A stretch of 35,398 nucleotides of DNA from Myxococcota bacterium. GTDB taxonomy: Bacteria; Myxococcota_C; UBA6777. The stretch covers positions 1 through 35,398 of the forward strand of contig JAKLKB010000060.1 in the NCBI GenBank assembly GCA_023150835.1, written 5' to 3'. Positions 16,682-25,815 of the stretch are shown here, piece by piece (positions within the stretch are counted from its first letter, which is position 1; every line of letters begins with the position of its first letter). A program made the position numbers and the translations under genes. The notes beneath the pieces are model-generated. The model did no database searches. It was not told the DNA's origin and saw only the letters and a program-made list of their open reading frames with translations.

Positions 16682-19600
16682 TTAGCGGAGAGAGAGAGCG
16701 CGAGGGCCGAAGAGGTTTTCGATGGCTTCTTCGAAGGATTCGGAGGGATCGACGCGGATGTGTTCGGGGAGTCGGATGAGCGTTTCGGAGCGTTGGGGGA
16801 TGGTGAGGTGAAGGAGGGCGAGGCAGGATCCTTGGTGTTGGTGGAAGATTTGCAGCATTTGGCGAGCGGCGGCTTCGGAGAGATCGGAGGAAGTGAGGTG
16901 GAGATGGACTTCGCGGGCTTTTTCGTTGCGGGCGGCGATGAGGGAGCGTATTTCGGCACCTTTCATGCGGACTTGGTTTTCGTCGGATTCGGTTTCACCG
17001 CGAACAAGGACGGGTTCGTCGCTGTCAAGGAGAGAGGCGACTTCGCTGTAGAGGCGTGGGAAGACGGAGACTTCGATGGTGCCGGTCATATCTTCGACCA
17101 TGATAAAGGCCATGGGTTCGCCTTTTTTGGTGACCATGCCGCGTTTGGAGGTGATGATGCCAGCGATAGTCACTTCGCTACCACTCGGATAATCGGAGAG
17201 ATCGGCGATATTTGCGGTGACGAAGCGTTTGATGTCTTTTTCGAGGCGTTGGAGGGGATGGCCGGAGATGTAAAAGCCGAGGATCTCTTTTTCTTGTTGG
17301 AGGCGTTCTTTTTCGGGCCAGTCTTTGAGGAGGGGGATCTTGGGTTTGGGTGGAGGGGCGGAGCTTGCGAGGAGATCGAACATCGAGATCTGGCTGCTGC
17401 CTTTGTCTTTTTGGAGGCTTTGGCCGTATTGGACGGCGTCGTCCATGACAGCGACGAGAGAGGCGCGGTTGATGGGTTCGATGCCATCGAAGGCACCGGA
17501 CTTGATCAGGGCTTCGATCACGCGCTTGTTGACGGGTTTGAGGTCGACGCGCTCGCAAAAGTCGTAGATGCCGGTAAAGGGGCCGCTTTTGCGGGCTTGG
17601 ATGATCGAGTCGATGGCGTTTTCGCCGATGCCTTTGATGCCAGCGAGGCCAAAGCGGATCTTGTCACCGATGGCGACAAAGCCTCCGTGGGATTCGTTGA
17701 CGTTGGGAGGAAGGACTTGTACTTTGTGTTGGCGGCAATCGTTGAGGTAGAGCAGAAGTTTGTCGGAGTTTCCGGCATCTGCGGTGAGAAGCGCAGCCAT
17801 GTATTCATGTCGGTAGTGGGCTTTTAACCACGCGGTTTGGTACGCAACCAGCCCGTACGCCGCCGAATGTGAGTTGTGTACGATCAAGCCGTTCGCAACG
17901 AAGTTATGATCGTGTTCAACGGTCAGATCGTAGGTTCTTTGCGCGCCTTTTGGTGTAATCGATACAACCGTATCCCAGTAGATCTCGGAATCTCCGAGAT
18001 ATTGAAGGTGGGTAGAAGAGAAAAAGGTAGCGAGTTTTTGGATCGTTGTGCGGCAGAAGCCTTTCTTTTTTTGCGTTGTTGCACCATAAAAATCTCGGAC
18101 ACAGACGCCTGATCTGTTTTCCACTTCCTTCCACGTCAGCCCTGCTTTTTGACGAAGGTCTTCGATCGATTCTCGGATATCAGAAGGGATTGTATCTTTG
18201 CTGCTTTCTTCCTCAACAAGGCGATCAAGGTAATTTTTTAGCTGCTCGACCTGTTCTTCTCGGCCAACGCAGTGGGGGGCAACTGTTTCGACAAACCGCC
18301 GTTTGGTTTGTGCTCCGATAAGCGAAACGGTGAATCCACCTTTTTTTTGCTCTCGGTAGGCAAAGGTTTTTGAGGCGATTTTGCTAGGCAAGCCGAGGCG
18401 CAAAAGCAGTAACTGCACGTCTTTTGCTAAACGTTGGGATGAAGTCGCGTAGAAAGGAGCGTCATGTTCACGCCTCCCGAAAATGAATCCGTCTCCGGCC
18501 CATAACCGGCCCAAAAAGAGAGCGATATCATCGTCTCGCAGGGTAAAGATTTCGGATGGGACAAATTTTTCTGTGGCGGTACAACCGATGAGTCCGAGCT
18601 GCTGCGCCCAATAGAAAGCGCCTGAACGCTTTGGCTGTGTTTGTTTCTGTGCAAGATTTCCGAGAGTGGGTTGGTTTTGCGATGTACAACGAAATGCCCG
18701 CCCGGTGTTTGCTGCCACTTCCATTCGGACAGTATTCGGTCTTGTGTAGATGTGGGCGACGGTATTAGGGAATTTTTGGATAGCTTGGGCAAAGTCATCA
18801 ATTTGTATGGGGTTGTTGTTGTAGAAATAAAGCGTGGTGGGGTGGCATGTATTGCCCTCTGCGATCAAGCCTGCAAGGGCGATAAGTTGGTGTTCTGCCC
18901 AAGAGTTCGATGTGTGCGTTGGTATACATCGGGGGGCAGCGATACGTGTTCCGACTTGCAAGTTTTCGAGCAGGGTCCAGCCTTGGAGGGTGCGAAAGGG
19001 ATGGTTTGCTGTGGCGGTGATGGTTTTGCCCAAGGCCGTTTTGAGTTCAAACGTGGGTTGGATACCGTTGTCGATGACGTCAGAGACCGAGCGGGTGTGG
19101 ATTTTCCAGTCGTTTCCGAGAGCATGAATTGAAAAGGGGCGTGGTGTGGCGTGGAGTTCGGCGAGGGTGGTGCGTTCGCCAGTCTGTGCGTCGAGGAGCT
19201 CGGTATCGCCAGCCAAGCAACGATTGAAACCATAGGCGGCGAACTTTTCGACCTTTCCGAAGAGGTCTTCGGCTTTTGCGGTGTCGAAGCCGTTTTTTTG
19301 GGCACCTTCGACAAAGCGGCTGCGTTGCTTTTCCATTTCGAGGGCGTCTTTTTTACCCATAGCGCGGCGCAAGAGGTCGGCTTCACCGAGGGAATAGCTG
19401 GCGAGTACGTTGGCGATTTGCATGACTTGTTCTTGGTAGATGCAGACGCCGTAGGTGCTACCGAGGACAGGTTGGAGGACATCGAAGATATAGTCGATCT
19501 TTTCTTGTCCGTGTTTTCGGAGGATGAAAGAGTCGGCCATACCGCTTTGGAGGGGTCCGGGTCGGTAGAGGGCGACGAGGGCGATGACGTCTTCAAAACA

Positions 19601-21574
19601 GGAGGGTCGGAGTCGGGTGATCAGTTGGCGCATTCCGGAGGATTCGAGTTGGAAGACGCCCAAGGTATCGGCGTGGCACAAAAGGTCGAATACAGCGGGG
19701 TCTTCGATGTTGATGGTTTCCATATCGACGGTGACGCCTCGGTTTTGTTTGATCAAGTCGAGGCAATTTTTGATCAGGGTAAGGTTCTTGAGTCCGAGGA
19801 AGTCGAACTTGATCAGGCCGACGCTTTCGACCCCTTTCATATCGAACTGCGTGACGACTTCGCCTTTTGCGCCTTTGTAGAGGGGGAGGTGTTCGACGAG
19901 AGGGCGTCCATCGGAGATGACGACGCCAGCGGCGTGGACGGAGGCGTGTCGGTTGAGACCTTCGAGTCGGCGGGCGATATCGAAAAGTTTGGCGAGGCGG
20001 GGATTTTCTTTGATTTCTTCGCGCAGACGGGGTTCTTGTTGGAGGGCGTCGTCAAGGGTGATATCGAGGACGTTGGGGATGAGTTTGGCGAGGCGGTTGG
20101 TTTCGTTGAAAGAGATGTCCATAGCGCGGCCAACGTCTTTTAAGACGGCCTTGGCTTTGAGTTTTCCGAAGGTGATGATCTGGGAGACGGCGGGTCCGCC
20201 CGGGACGGCGTATCGTTCACGGACGTATTGGATGACTTCGTCGCGTCGGGATTCACAGAAGTCGACGTCGATATCGGGCATGGAGATGCGTTCTGGGTTG
20301 AGGAAACGCTCGAAGAGCAGGCTGTGTTTGATCGGATCGATGTCGGTGATGCGGGTGCAAAAAGCGACGAGGGAGCCCGCAGCCGAGCCACGTCCCGGAC
20401 CGACGGGGATATCGTGATCTTTGGCCCAGTTGATAAAGTCAGAGACGATCAAGAAGTAGTCGGCGAAGCCCATTTTTTGGATCATCAGGAGTTCGTATTC
20501 GAGGCGATCGAAGTATTCTTTGCGCAGATCGTCGTGTTTTTCGGGTGGGTTTTGGGCGAGAACGATCTGGAGTCGGGCCTCGAGTCCTTTGAGGCTATCG
20601 GCGCGCAAGGCGTCCATATTGGAGACGCCGTCGCCTTTGTCGAGTTTGGGGAAGTAGTAATCCTTGTTTTTGAGGTTGACATCGCACATCTCGGCGATCT
20701 TGAGGGTGTTTTCGCAGGCATCGGGCCATTCTTTGAAGAGTTCCCACATCTCGTCGGGGCTTTTGAGATAGAACTCTTGGACATCGTGTTTGAGGCGATT
20801 GGGATCGCTGATGGTTTTGCCTGTTTGGATGGCGAGGAGGGCGTCTTGGGCTTCGGCGTCTTCGCGGGCCATGTAGTGGACGTCGTTGGTGGCGACCAGT
20901 CCGAGTCCAAGCTCACGAGCGATCTGGACGAGCTTGGGATTGACGGCCATCTGTTCTGCGATGCCGTTCATTTGGAGTTCGATGTAATAGTAGCCGTTGA
21001 AGATCTGGGCGTATTCTTTGGCGGCGGCGAGGGCTTCTTCGTCGCGTCCTTTGAGCAGAAGTTGGCAGACTTCACCCGCGAGACAAGAAGAAGTGCCGAT
21101 CAAGCCTTCGGCGTGTTGGCGGAGGATCTCTTTATCGATGCGAGGGCGGTAATGGAAGCCTTCAAAAAAGCCCGCAGTCACGAGCTTCGAGAGGTTGCGG
21201 TAGCCTGTGTTGTTTCGGGCGAGGATGAGTTGGTGGTAGTAGATGCGATCGGTGAATCGGCCTTTTTCTTTGCTAAGGCGGGACACAGGAGCCAGATAGG
21301 TTTCGCAGCCCACGATCGGTTTGATGCCCGCGCTGGTGGCCTTTTTGAAAAAGTCGATGGCACCGAACATATTGCCGTGATCGGTGATCGCGACAGCGTC
21401 CATGCCGAGGGATTGGATCTTGTTGAGTAGGCCGTATTCTTTTTTGGGATTTTTGAGATCGCCGATGAGTTGGGCGCCATCAAGCAAGCTGTAAGTGGTG
21501 TGAAGGTGCAGGTGGACAAATTTCTTTTTGATTTGTCCGATATCGCTGCATGTTTCGGTGATGATCGAAGCCAT
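16682..21574 (-). CDS. dnaE: DNA polymerase III alpha subunit (intein-containing)
   Basis: PHP domain FVHLHLHTTYSLLDG, AITDHGN, GPGRGSAAGS, catalytic PDIDVDF, KFDFLGL, YGFN(R)/SH, clamp motif QISMF, OB fold; ATG 21574 follows GAGG. Confidence 0.97.
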   Translation of the reverse strand: MASIITETCSDIGQIKKKFVHLHLHTTYSLLDGAQLIGDLKNPKKEYGLLNKIQSLGMDAVAITDHGNMFGAIDFFKKATSAGIKPIVGCETYLAPVSRLSKEKGRFTDRIYYHQLILARNNTGYRNLSKLVTAGFFEGFHYRPRIDKEILRQHAEGLIGTSSCLAGEVCQLLLKGRDEEALAAAKEYAQIFNGYYYIELQMNGIAEQMAVNPKLVQIARELGLGLVATNDVHYMAREDAEAQDALLAIQTGKTISDPNRLKHDVQEFYLKSPDEMWELFKEWPDACENTLKIAEMCDVNLKNKDYYFPKLDKGDGVSNMDALRADSLKGLEARLQIVLAQNPPEKHDDLRKEYFDRLEYELLMIQKMGFADYFLIVSDFINWAKDHDIPVGPGRGSAAGSLVAFCTRITDIDPIKHSLLFERFLNPERISMPDIDVDFCESRRDEVIQYVRERYAVPGGPAVSQIITFGKLKAKAVLKDVGRAMDISFNETNRLAKLIPNVLDITLDDALQQEPRLREEIKENPRLAKLFDIARRLEGLNRHASVHAAGVVISDGRPLVEHLPLYKGAKGEVVTQFDMKGVESVGLIKFDFLGLKNLTLIKNCLDLIKQNRGVTVDMETINIEDPAVFDLLCHADTLGVFQLESSGMRQLITRLRPSCFEDVIALVALYRPGPLQSGMADSFILRKHGQEKIDYIFDVLQPVLGSTYGVCIYQEQVMQIANVLASYSLGEADLLRRAMGKKDALEMEKQRSRFVEGAQKNGFDTAKAEDLFGKVEKFAAYGFNRCLAGDTELLDAQTGERTTLAELHATPRPFSIHALGNDWKIHTRSVSDVIDNGIQPTFELKTALGKTITATANHPFRTLQGWTLLENLQVGTRIAAPRCIPTHTSNSWAEHQLIALAGLIAEGNTCHPTTLYFYNNNPIQIDDFAQAIQKFPNTVAHIYTRPNTVRMEVAANTGRAFRCTSQNQPTLGNLAQKQTQPKRSGAFYWAQQLGLIGCTATEKFVPSEIFTLRDDDIALFLGRLWAGDGFIFGRREHDAPFYATSSQRLAKDVQLLLLRLGLPSKIASKTFAYREQKKGGFTVSLIGAQTKRRFVETVAPHCVGREEQVEQLKNYLDRLVEEESSKDTIPSDIRESIEDLRQKAGLTWKEVENRSGVCVRDFYGATTQKKKGFCRTTIQKLATFFSSTHLQYLGDSEIYWDTVVSITPKGAQRTYDLTVEHDHNFVANGLIVHNSHSAAYGLVAYQTAWLKAHYRHEYMAALLTADAGNSDKLLLYLNDCRQHKVQVLPPNVNESHGGFVAIGDKIRFGLAGIKGIGENAIDSIIQARKSGPFTGIYDFCERVDLKPVNKRVIEALIKSGAFDGIEPINRASLVAVMDDAVQYGQSLQKDKGSSQISMFDLLASSAPPPKPKIPLLKDWPEKERLQQEKEILGFYISGHPLQRLEKDIKRFVTANIADLSDYPSGSEVTIAGIITSKRGMVTKKGEPMAFIMVEDMTGTIEVSVFPRLYSEVASLLDSDEPVLVRGETESDENQVRMKGAEIRSLIAARNEKAREVHLHLTSSDLSEAAARQMLQIFHQHQGSCLALLHLTIPQRSETLIRLPEHIRVDPSESFEEAIENLFGPRALSLR
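17873..19219 (-). mobile_element. Intein with LAGLIDADG homing endonuclease in dnaE (449 aa)
   Basis: Begins CLAGDT after YGFNR, block B TANHPF, endonuclease blocks LAGLIAEG and FLGRLWAGDG, ends TYDLTV..DHNFVANGLIVHN followed by extein Ser (SHSAAYG). Confidence 0.95.
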
Positions 21575-21624
21575 GAGATTCCTCGCAAAGTCAAGAAGGT
21601 GTTGGATCGGGGGTTTTAAGGGGA

Positions 21625-22335
21625 TTAGGAACGAGAGGAGGTGGTGGGGCGGGCATAGAGGGCCCAAAGCCGATCGAACTCTTGTTGAAAAGCGCGGATC
21701 ATCGAGGGATTGCGTGTGATGATCAGGTTTTCGTGGTTGTTGGTGCTTGCGGAGCGCGTCCAGTTGAAGCTGCCGTTGAGGAGGATGGATTGGTCGAGGA
21801 TGGCGAATTTGTGGTGCATGTGATCGCTGTTTTGATCGACAGCGGTGGGGATTCCGGTTTGGTTGAGGTTGGTCACATCGGAGCCGAGGTCGGCGGCTTT
21901 GTCGTTGTCGGAGAGGATGCGGACGGAGAGGCCGTTTTGGTGGGCTTTTTCGAGGATGCGGGAGAGGCGGTCATCCGTGATGGTGTAGACGCAGACATCG
22001 AGGGTCTTTCGGGCGCTTTGGAGGACTTCAAGAAGGCGGGCGTAGGAACGTGCATCAGGGAAGAACAAGGCTTCGTCGGCGTCGGTGGTTTGGGTGGGGG
22101 ACTGTTGGAGAAGGATCTTGGTGAGGGAGGCGATCCATTCGAGGGCAAGGCGCTCTTGGGGATGGCGGAGGGCTTGTTGTGCGCAAGCAAAGATCTCGTG
22201 GCGCAGGAGTTGGAGTTGTTCGGTGGAGGGTTGGGCGTCTTCAAGGAGTTGCTTGAAGACGGTGGCTTCGTTGCGGGAGAGTTGTTGATCGTCGAAACTT
22301 TGTTGGAGAAAGGTGCGGAATTGTTGGATATCCAT
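21625..22335 (-). CDS. Phospholipase D-family (Nuc-like, single HKD) nuclease/hydrolase
   Basis: HHKFAILD...GSFNWT..A...N.EN motif, LDVCVYTITD and an N-terminal helical extension. Confidence 0.88.
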   Translation of the reverse strand: MDIQQFRTFLQQSFDDQQLSRNEATVFKQLLEDAQPSTEQLQLLRHEIFACAQQALRHPQERLALEWIASLTKILLQQSPTQTTDADEALFFPDARSYARLLEVLQSARKTLDVCVYTITDDRLSRILEKAHQNGLSVRILSDNDKAADLGSDVTNLNQTGIPTAVDQNSDHMHHKFAILDQSILLNGSFNWTRSASTNNHENLIITRNPSMIRAFQQEFDRLWALYARPTTSSRS

Positions 22336-22451
22336 CGTTGGGCCTCGGGGGTAGAAAGACTAGACAAAAAGACAGAGGGAGGATGCCGCGAGGCGAGGTT
22401 GAAGTCAATGATGCGAGGGGAGGCAACGGAAGCAAGGGTGAAAGCGAAGGA

Positions 22452-23954
22452 TTATCTGAGGAAGAGGAAGTAGAGGAGGAGCATGAGGAAGATCCCCGAG
22501 AAGAGGCCGATGAGGACGAGGGCGGCGAGGTGGCGTTTTTTGATGCGTTGTGGGGGTGTTTGCTCGGGGAAGGGTGTGTGGGCTTGGGTGGTTTTGGCGT
22601 GTGGGGTTGGAGCGGTTGCGTGGGGAAGATTGCCGTTGGAAGCGCGTTGTTGTCGGATCTGAGCGACGATATCTTCGGGTCTGCGGAGGTCGACGCTGGT
22701 GCGTTCGTCGGGGACGTTGGGTTCAGCGTCAGGGAGGGCGTCTTGGGAGTTCCATTGGGGTGCGTTGGAGGGAGAGTAGGGTGTGGGTTTGCCCATAGGA
22801 GGGGGAGATCCCATGGGAGGAGGAGCGCCAGCGGGGGTTCCGGAGACGGGCCATCCGCCGATGACGGTGCGTTCGGACTCGAAGCTTTCGTGTTGAGCGC
22901 CTTCTTCGAGGGCGAGTTGGAGATCTTCAAAGAAAGCGCGAGCGTCGGGATAGCGGTCAGCGGGGCTTTTGGCGAGCGCTTTGTTGAGGATATCTTGGAG
23001 TTGGGGAGGGAAAAAGCGTTCGGGGCAGGATTCGGCGAGGGAAGGTGGCGGGTGGCGGAGGTGCTTTTCCATGACTTCGATGGGTCGTTTGGTACCCCAG
23101 AAAGGAGGTCTTCCCGTGAGGACTTCGTAGAGGATGGCTCCAGCGGCGTAGAGGTCGGCGCGGTGGTCGACGCGGGCGTCGATGATGATCTGTTCGGGGG
23201 CCATGTAGTGGGGAGTACCAACGACCATGCCGGCGGCGGTGAGTTTACGTTCGTTGGCGTCTTCAAGAAGAGCGATGCCGAAGTCGAAGACTTTGAGTTT
23301 GCGGTGGACGAGGGAGTCGTCTTGGTTGGGTAGGGAGTGGCCAGCGGAGACGAGCATCATATTTTCGGGTTTGAGGTCGCGGTGGACGATATCGCGGGTG
23401 TGCATGAAGTACATGGCGCTGGTGAGTTGGTTGAAGATGTGGAGGATCTCGTCAAAGGCGAGTGTTCCGCGTTTTTTTCGTTCGTCAAAGAGGGTGCTGC
23501 CTTCGAGCCATTCCATCGCCATGTAGGGGCCAAGGCCGCTGAGATGGCCGAAGTCGTGGATGGAGACGACGTTGTCGTGTTGTAGCCGAGCGAGGACGCG
23601 GGCTTCGCGTTCAAAGCGAGCTTTGGTTTCTTCGTCGGTGATGAGGTCAGCGCGCAAGACTTTGACGGCGAAGAGCTTTCCGAGGTCGGTGTGTCGGCCT
23701 TGGTAGACGGCACCTGCACCGCCAAAGCCGATGCGTTTTTCGAGGACGATCTTTCCGACGTATTTGCCGAGGAAGGGGTCGACGTCTTCGCCTTTGAGGG
23801 AGGAGCCGCAACGGCTACAGTAGGTGGCGGTGTTGTTGTTTTTGTGGCCACAATTTCGGCAAGTGGTGCTCTGATCCGTCACCGTCGTTCGTTCCTTTTC
23901 TTTGGTGGGCGCGGGCAAGACATCCGTGTGAGATCCCGAGCCATCGTGGGCCAT
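22452..23954 (-). CDS. Membrane-anchored Ser/Thr protein kinase with N-terminal zinc ribbon
   Basis: CxxC...CxxC zinc ribbon, GFGGAGAVY, AVK, HRDLKPEN, DFG, GTPHYMAPE, Pro-rich linker and C-terminal TM helix. Start is ATG 23954 or GTG 23882. Confidence 0.92.
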   Translation of the reverse strand: MAHDGSGSHTDVLPAPTKEKERTTVTDQSTTCRNCGHKNNNTATYCSRCGSSLKGEDVDPFLGKYVGKIVLEKRIGFGGAGAVYQGRHTDLGKLFAVKVLRADLITDEETKARFEREARVLARLQHDNVVSIHDFGHLSGLGPYMAMEWLEGSTLFDERKKRGTLAFDEILHIFNQLTSAMYFMHTRDIVHRDLKPENMMLVSAGHSLPNQDDSLVHRKLKVFDFGIALLEDANERKLTAAGMVVGTPHYMAPEQIIIDARVDHRADLYAAGAILYEVLTGRPPFWGTKRPIEVMEKHLRHPPPSLAESCPERFFPPQLQDILNKALAKSPADRYPDARAFFEDLQLALEEGAQHESFESERTVIGGWPVSGTPAGAPPPMGSPPPMGKPTPYSPSNAPQWNSQDALPDAEPNVPDERTSVDLRRPEDIVAQIRQQRASNGNLPHATAPTPHAKTTQAHTPFPEQTPPQRIKKRHLAALVLIGLFSGIFLMLLLYFLFLR

Positions 23955-24229
23955 TGATCGCCGATCTGGCAGGAAGATTCCTTGTATCACAAAGTATCGG
24001 CGCGCACCAAGTTTGTGTGCTTGGAGAGCGGAAGGCAAGAGAGGGATCAGGCTTGCGAAGGGTGAGAGGGGCCATTAGAATGCGCGCCGCAAAAGGCTGA
24101 ACTTTGTTAGGGAGTATGCGTTTGCGTTGTCGAGACGCCCATGTGGGGCGTTTTGGAGGAGGCGTGGCTGTGGAGGCCACAAGAAAAGGCGGCGGCAGAA
24201 CGGGCGTGCCGCGAGGGAGAAGAAGAGTG

Positions 24230-25717
24230 ATGAGTGTTCGCGTGCGTTTTGCGCCGAGTCCTACGGGATATCTGCATGTGGGTGGTCTGCGGACCGCGTT
24301 GTACAATTATCTGTTTGCGCGCAAGCATGGGGGTACGTTTGTGTTGCGGGTGGAGGACACGGATCGCAAGCGCTTTGTGGAAGATGCGATGAAGCGGCTG
24401 ATTGCGAGCATGCGTTGGGCAGGGATCGATTATGACGAGGGTCCGGGCAAAGAAGGCGAGGTGGGTCCGTACACCCAAAGCGAGCGACTGGCTCTGTATC
24501 GCGATGCAGCGGAGCAGTTGGTGAAGGCAGGGAAAGCGTATTATGCGTTCGATACGCCCGAAGAAGTCGAGGCGATGCGACAAATCCAAGAAGACCAACA
24601 ATTGCCGCATACGTTTTATGATCGGGCTGCGATGAAGAACAGCCTTTCGTGTGATGCTGCCCAAGTACAGGCATGGATAGCCGAAGGTGTGCCGTATGTC
24701 GTTCGGTTGAAGGCTCCCGAGGATCCGAATAAGCAATACATCTTGCAGGATCTTGTGCATGGAGAAGTGGTGTTTGCGTCGGATAGTGTGGACGATCAGG
24801 TGTTGTTAAAAGCGGATGGTTTTCCGACGTATCACCTTGCGAATGTGGTGGATGATCACGCGATGAAGATCACGCACGTGATCCGAGGCGAAGAATGGTT
24901 GCCGAGCGCACCGAAGCACTTGTTGTTGTACGAGAGCTTTGGTTGGGAGCCGCCGAAGATGGCGCATCTTCCGCTGCTGTTGAACTCAGACGGGACCAAG
25001 ATGAGCAAGCGTAAGACGATCGGGGCGTTTCAAGTCGATGTGATGGTCGAAGATTATCGAGACAAGGGCTACCTGCCCGAGGCGCTGATCAACTTTTTGT
25101 CGTTGTTGGGTTGGAATCCCGGGACAGGGCAGGAGCTATTTACGTTGGCGGGGCTGGTGGAGGCTTTTTCGTTGGAGCGAGCGCAAAAAGCGGGAGCGAG
25201 CTTTGATATCGAAAAGCTTCAATGGATGAATAAGCAGCACTTGAAGATGTTGGAATTGACGGATCTTGCGCAGCGATTGAAGCCAGCGGTGATCGCGTCG
25301 GGTATGCCGATGCCATCGGACGAGGCGTTGGCAGTGATCGCGGGGTTGATGCGCGAGCGAGTGACGTTTTTGGAAGAGATCCCGACGCAAGCGGATTATC
25401 TGTTTCGCGATCCGACGGTGTACGACGAGGGCGTGGTGAAAAAGCAGTGGAAGGGCGATGCTTTTGCGAAGATGGTGGCCCTGCAAAGCCAACTGTCGGG
25501 GCTTTCGGTGTGGGAGCGGGATGCGATCGATCAGGCGATCGTACAAGCCGCCGAAGGGATGGGGCTAAAGAAGGGAGCGTTTTTGGCGATTATGCGGCTT
25601 GCGGTGAGTGGTGCAGCGGGTGGCCCGGATCTTCTCGATATGATGGCGTTGTTGGGTCAGGAGACCTGTCTTCGCCGTGTTGCGCGTGCGTTGGAGGCGC
25701 TGCCGCCGATGGTTTGA
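24230..25717 (+). CDS. gltX: Glutamate--tRNA ligase
   Basis: VRVRFAPSPTGYLHVGG (HIGH-type), LRVEDTD, PTYHLANVVDDH, RGEEW, KMSKR and a full anticodon-binding domain. Confidence 0.96.
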   Translation: MSVRVRFAPSPTGYLHVGGLRTALYNYLFARKHGGTFVLRVEDTDRKRFVEDAMKRLIASMRWAGIDYDEGPGKEGEVGPYTQSERLALYRDAAEQLVKAGKAYYAFDTPEEVEAMRQIQEDQQLPHTFYDRAAMKNSLSCDAAQVQAWIAEGVPYVVRLKAPEDPNKQYILQDLVHGEVVFASDSVDDQVLLKADGFPTYHLANVVDDHAMKITHVIRGEEWLPSAPKHLLLYESFGWEPPKMAHLPLLLNSDGTKMSKRKTIGAFQVDVMVEDYRDKGYLPEALINFLSLLGWNPGTGQELFTLAGLVEAFSLERAQKAGASFDIEKLQWMNKQHLKMLELTDLAQRLKPAVIASGMPMPSDEALAVIAGLMRERVTFLEEIPTQADYLFRDPTVYDEGVVKKQWKGDAFAKMVALQSQLSGLSVWERDAIDQAIVQAAEGMGLKKGAFLAIMRLAVSGAAGGPDLLDMMALLGQETCLRRVARALEALPPMV

Positions 25718-25815
25718 GGGGCTGTATTGTTCGCTGGGGGAGGAATGTGCAAAGCGCGGGAGCAACGAGGCTTGTGCCGAGGGCTTGAGGGGACTGTGTT
25801 GTTCGCTGCGAGGGG

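Noticed and set aside
16670-23333. Long plus-strand ORFs (16670-17827, 19151-20143, 20228-21430, 21682-22473, 22338-23333)
   Set aside because: Antisense shadows of dnaE, the PLD gene and the kinase caused by codon bias; no recognisable motifs.
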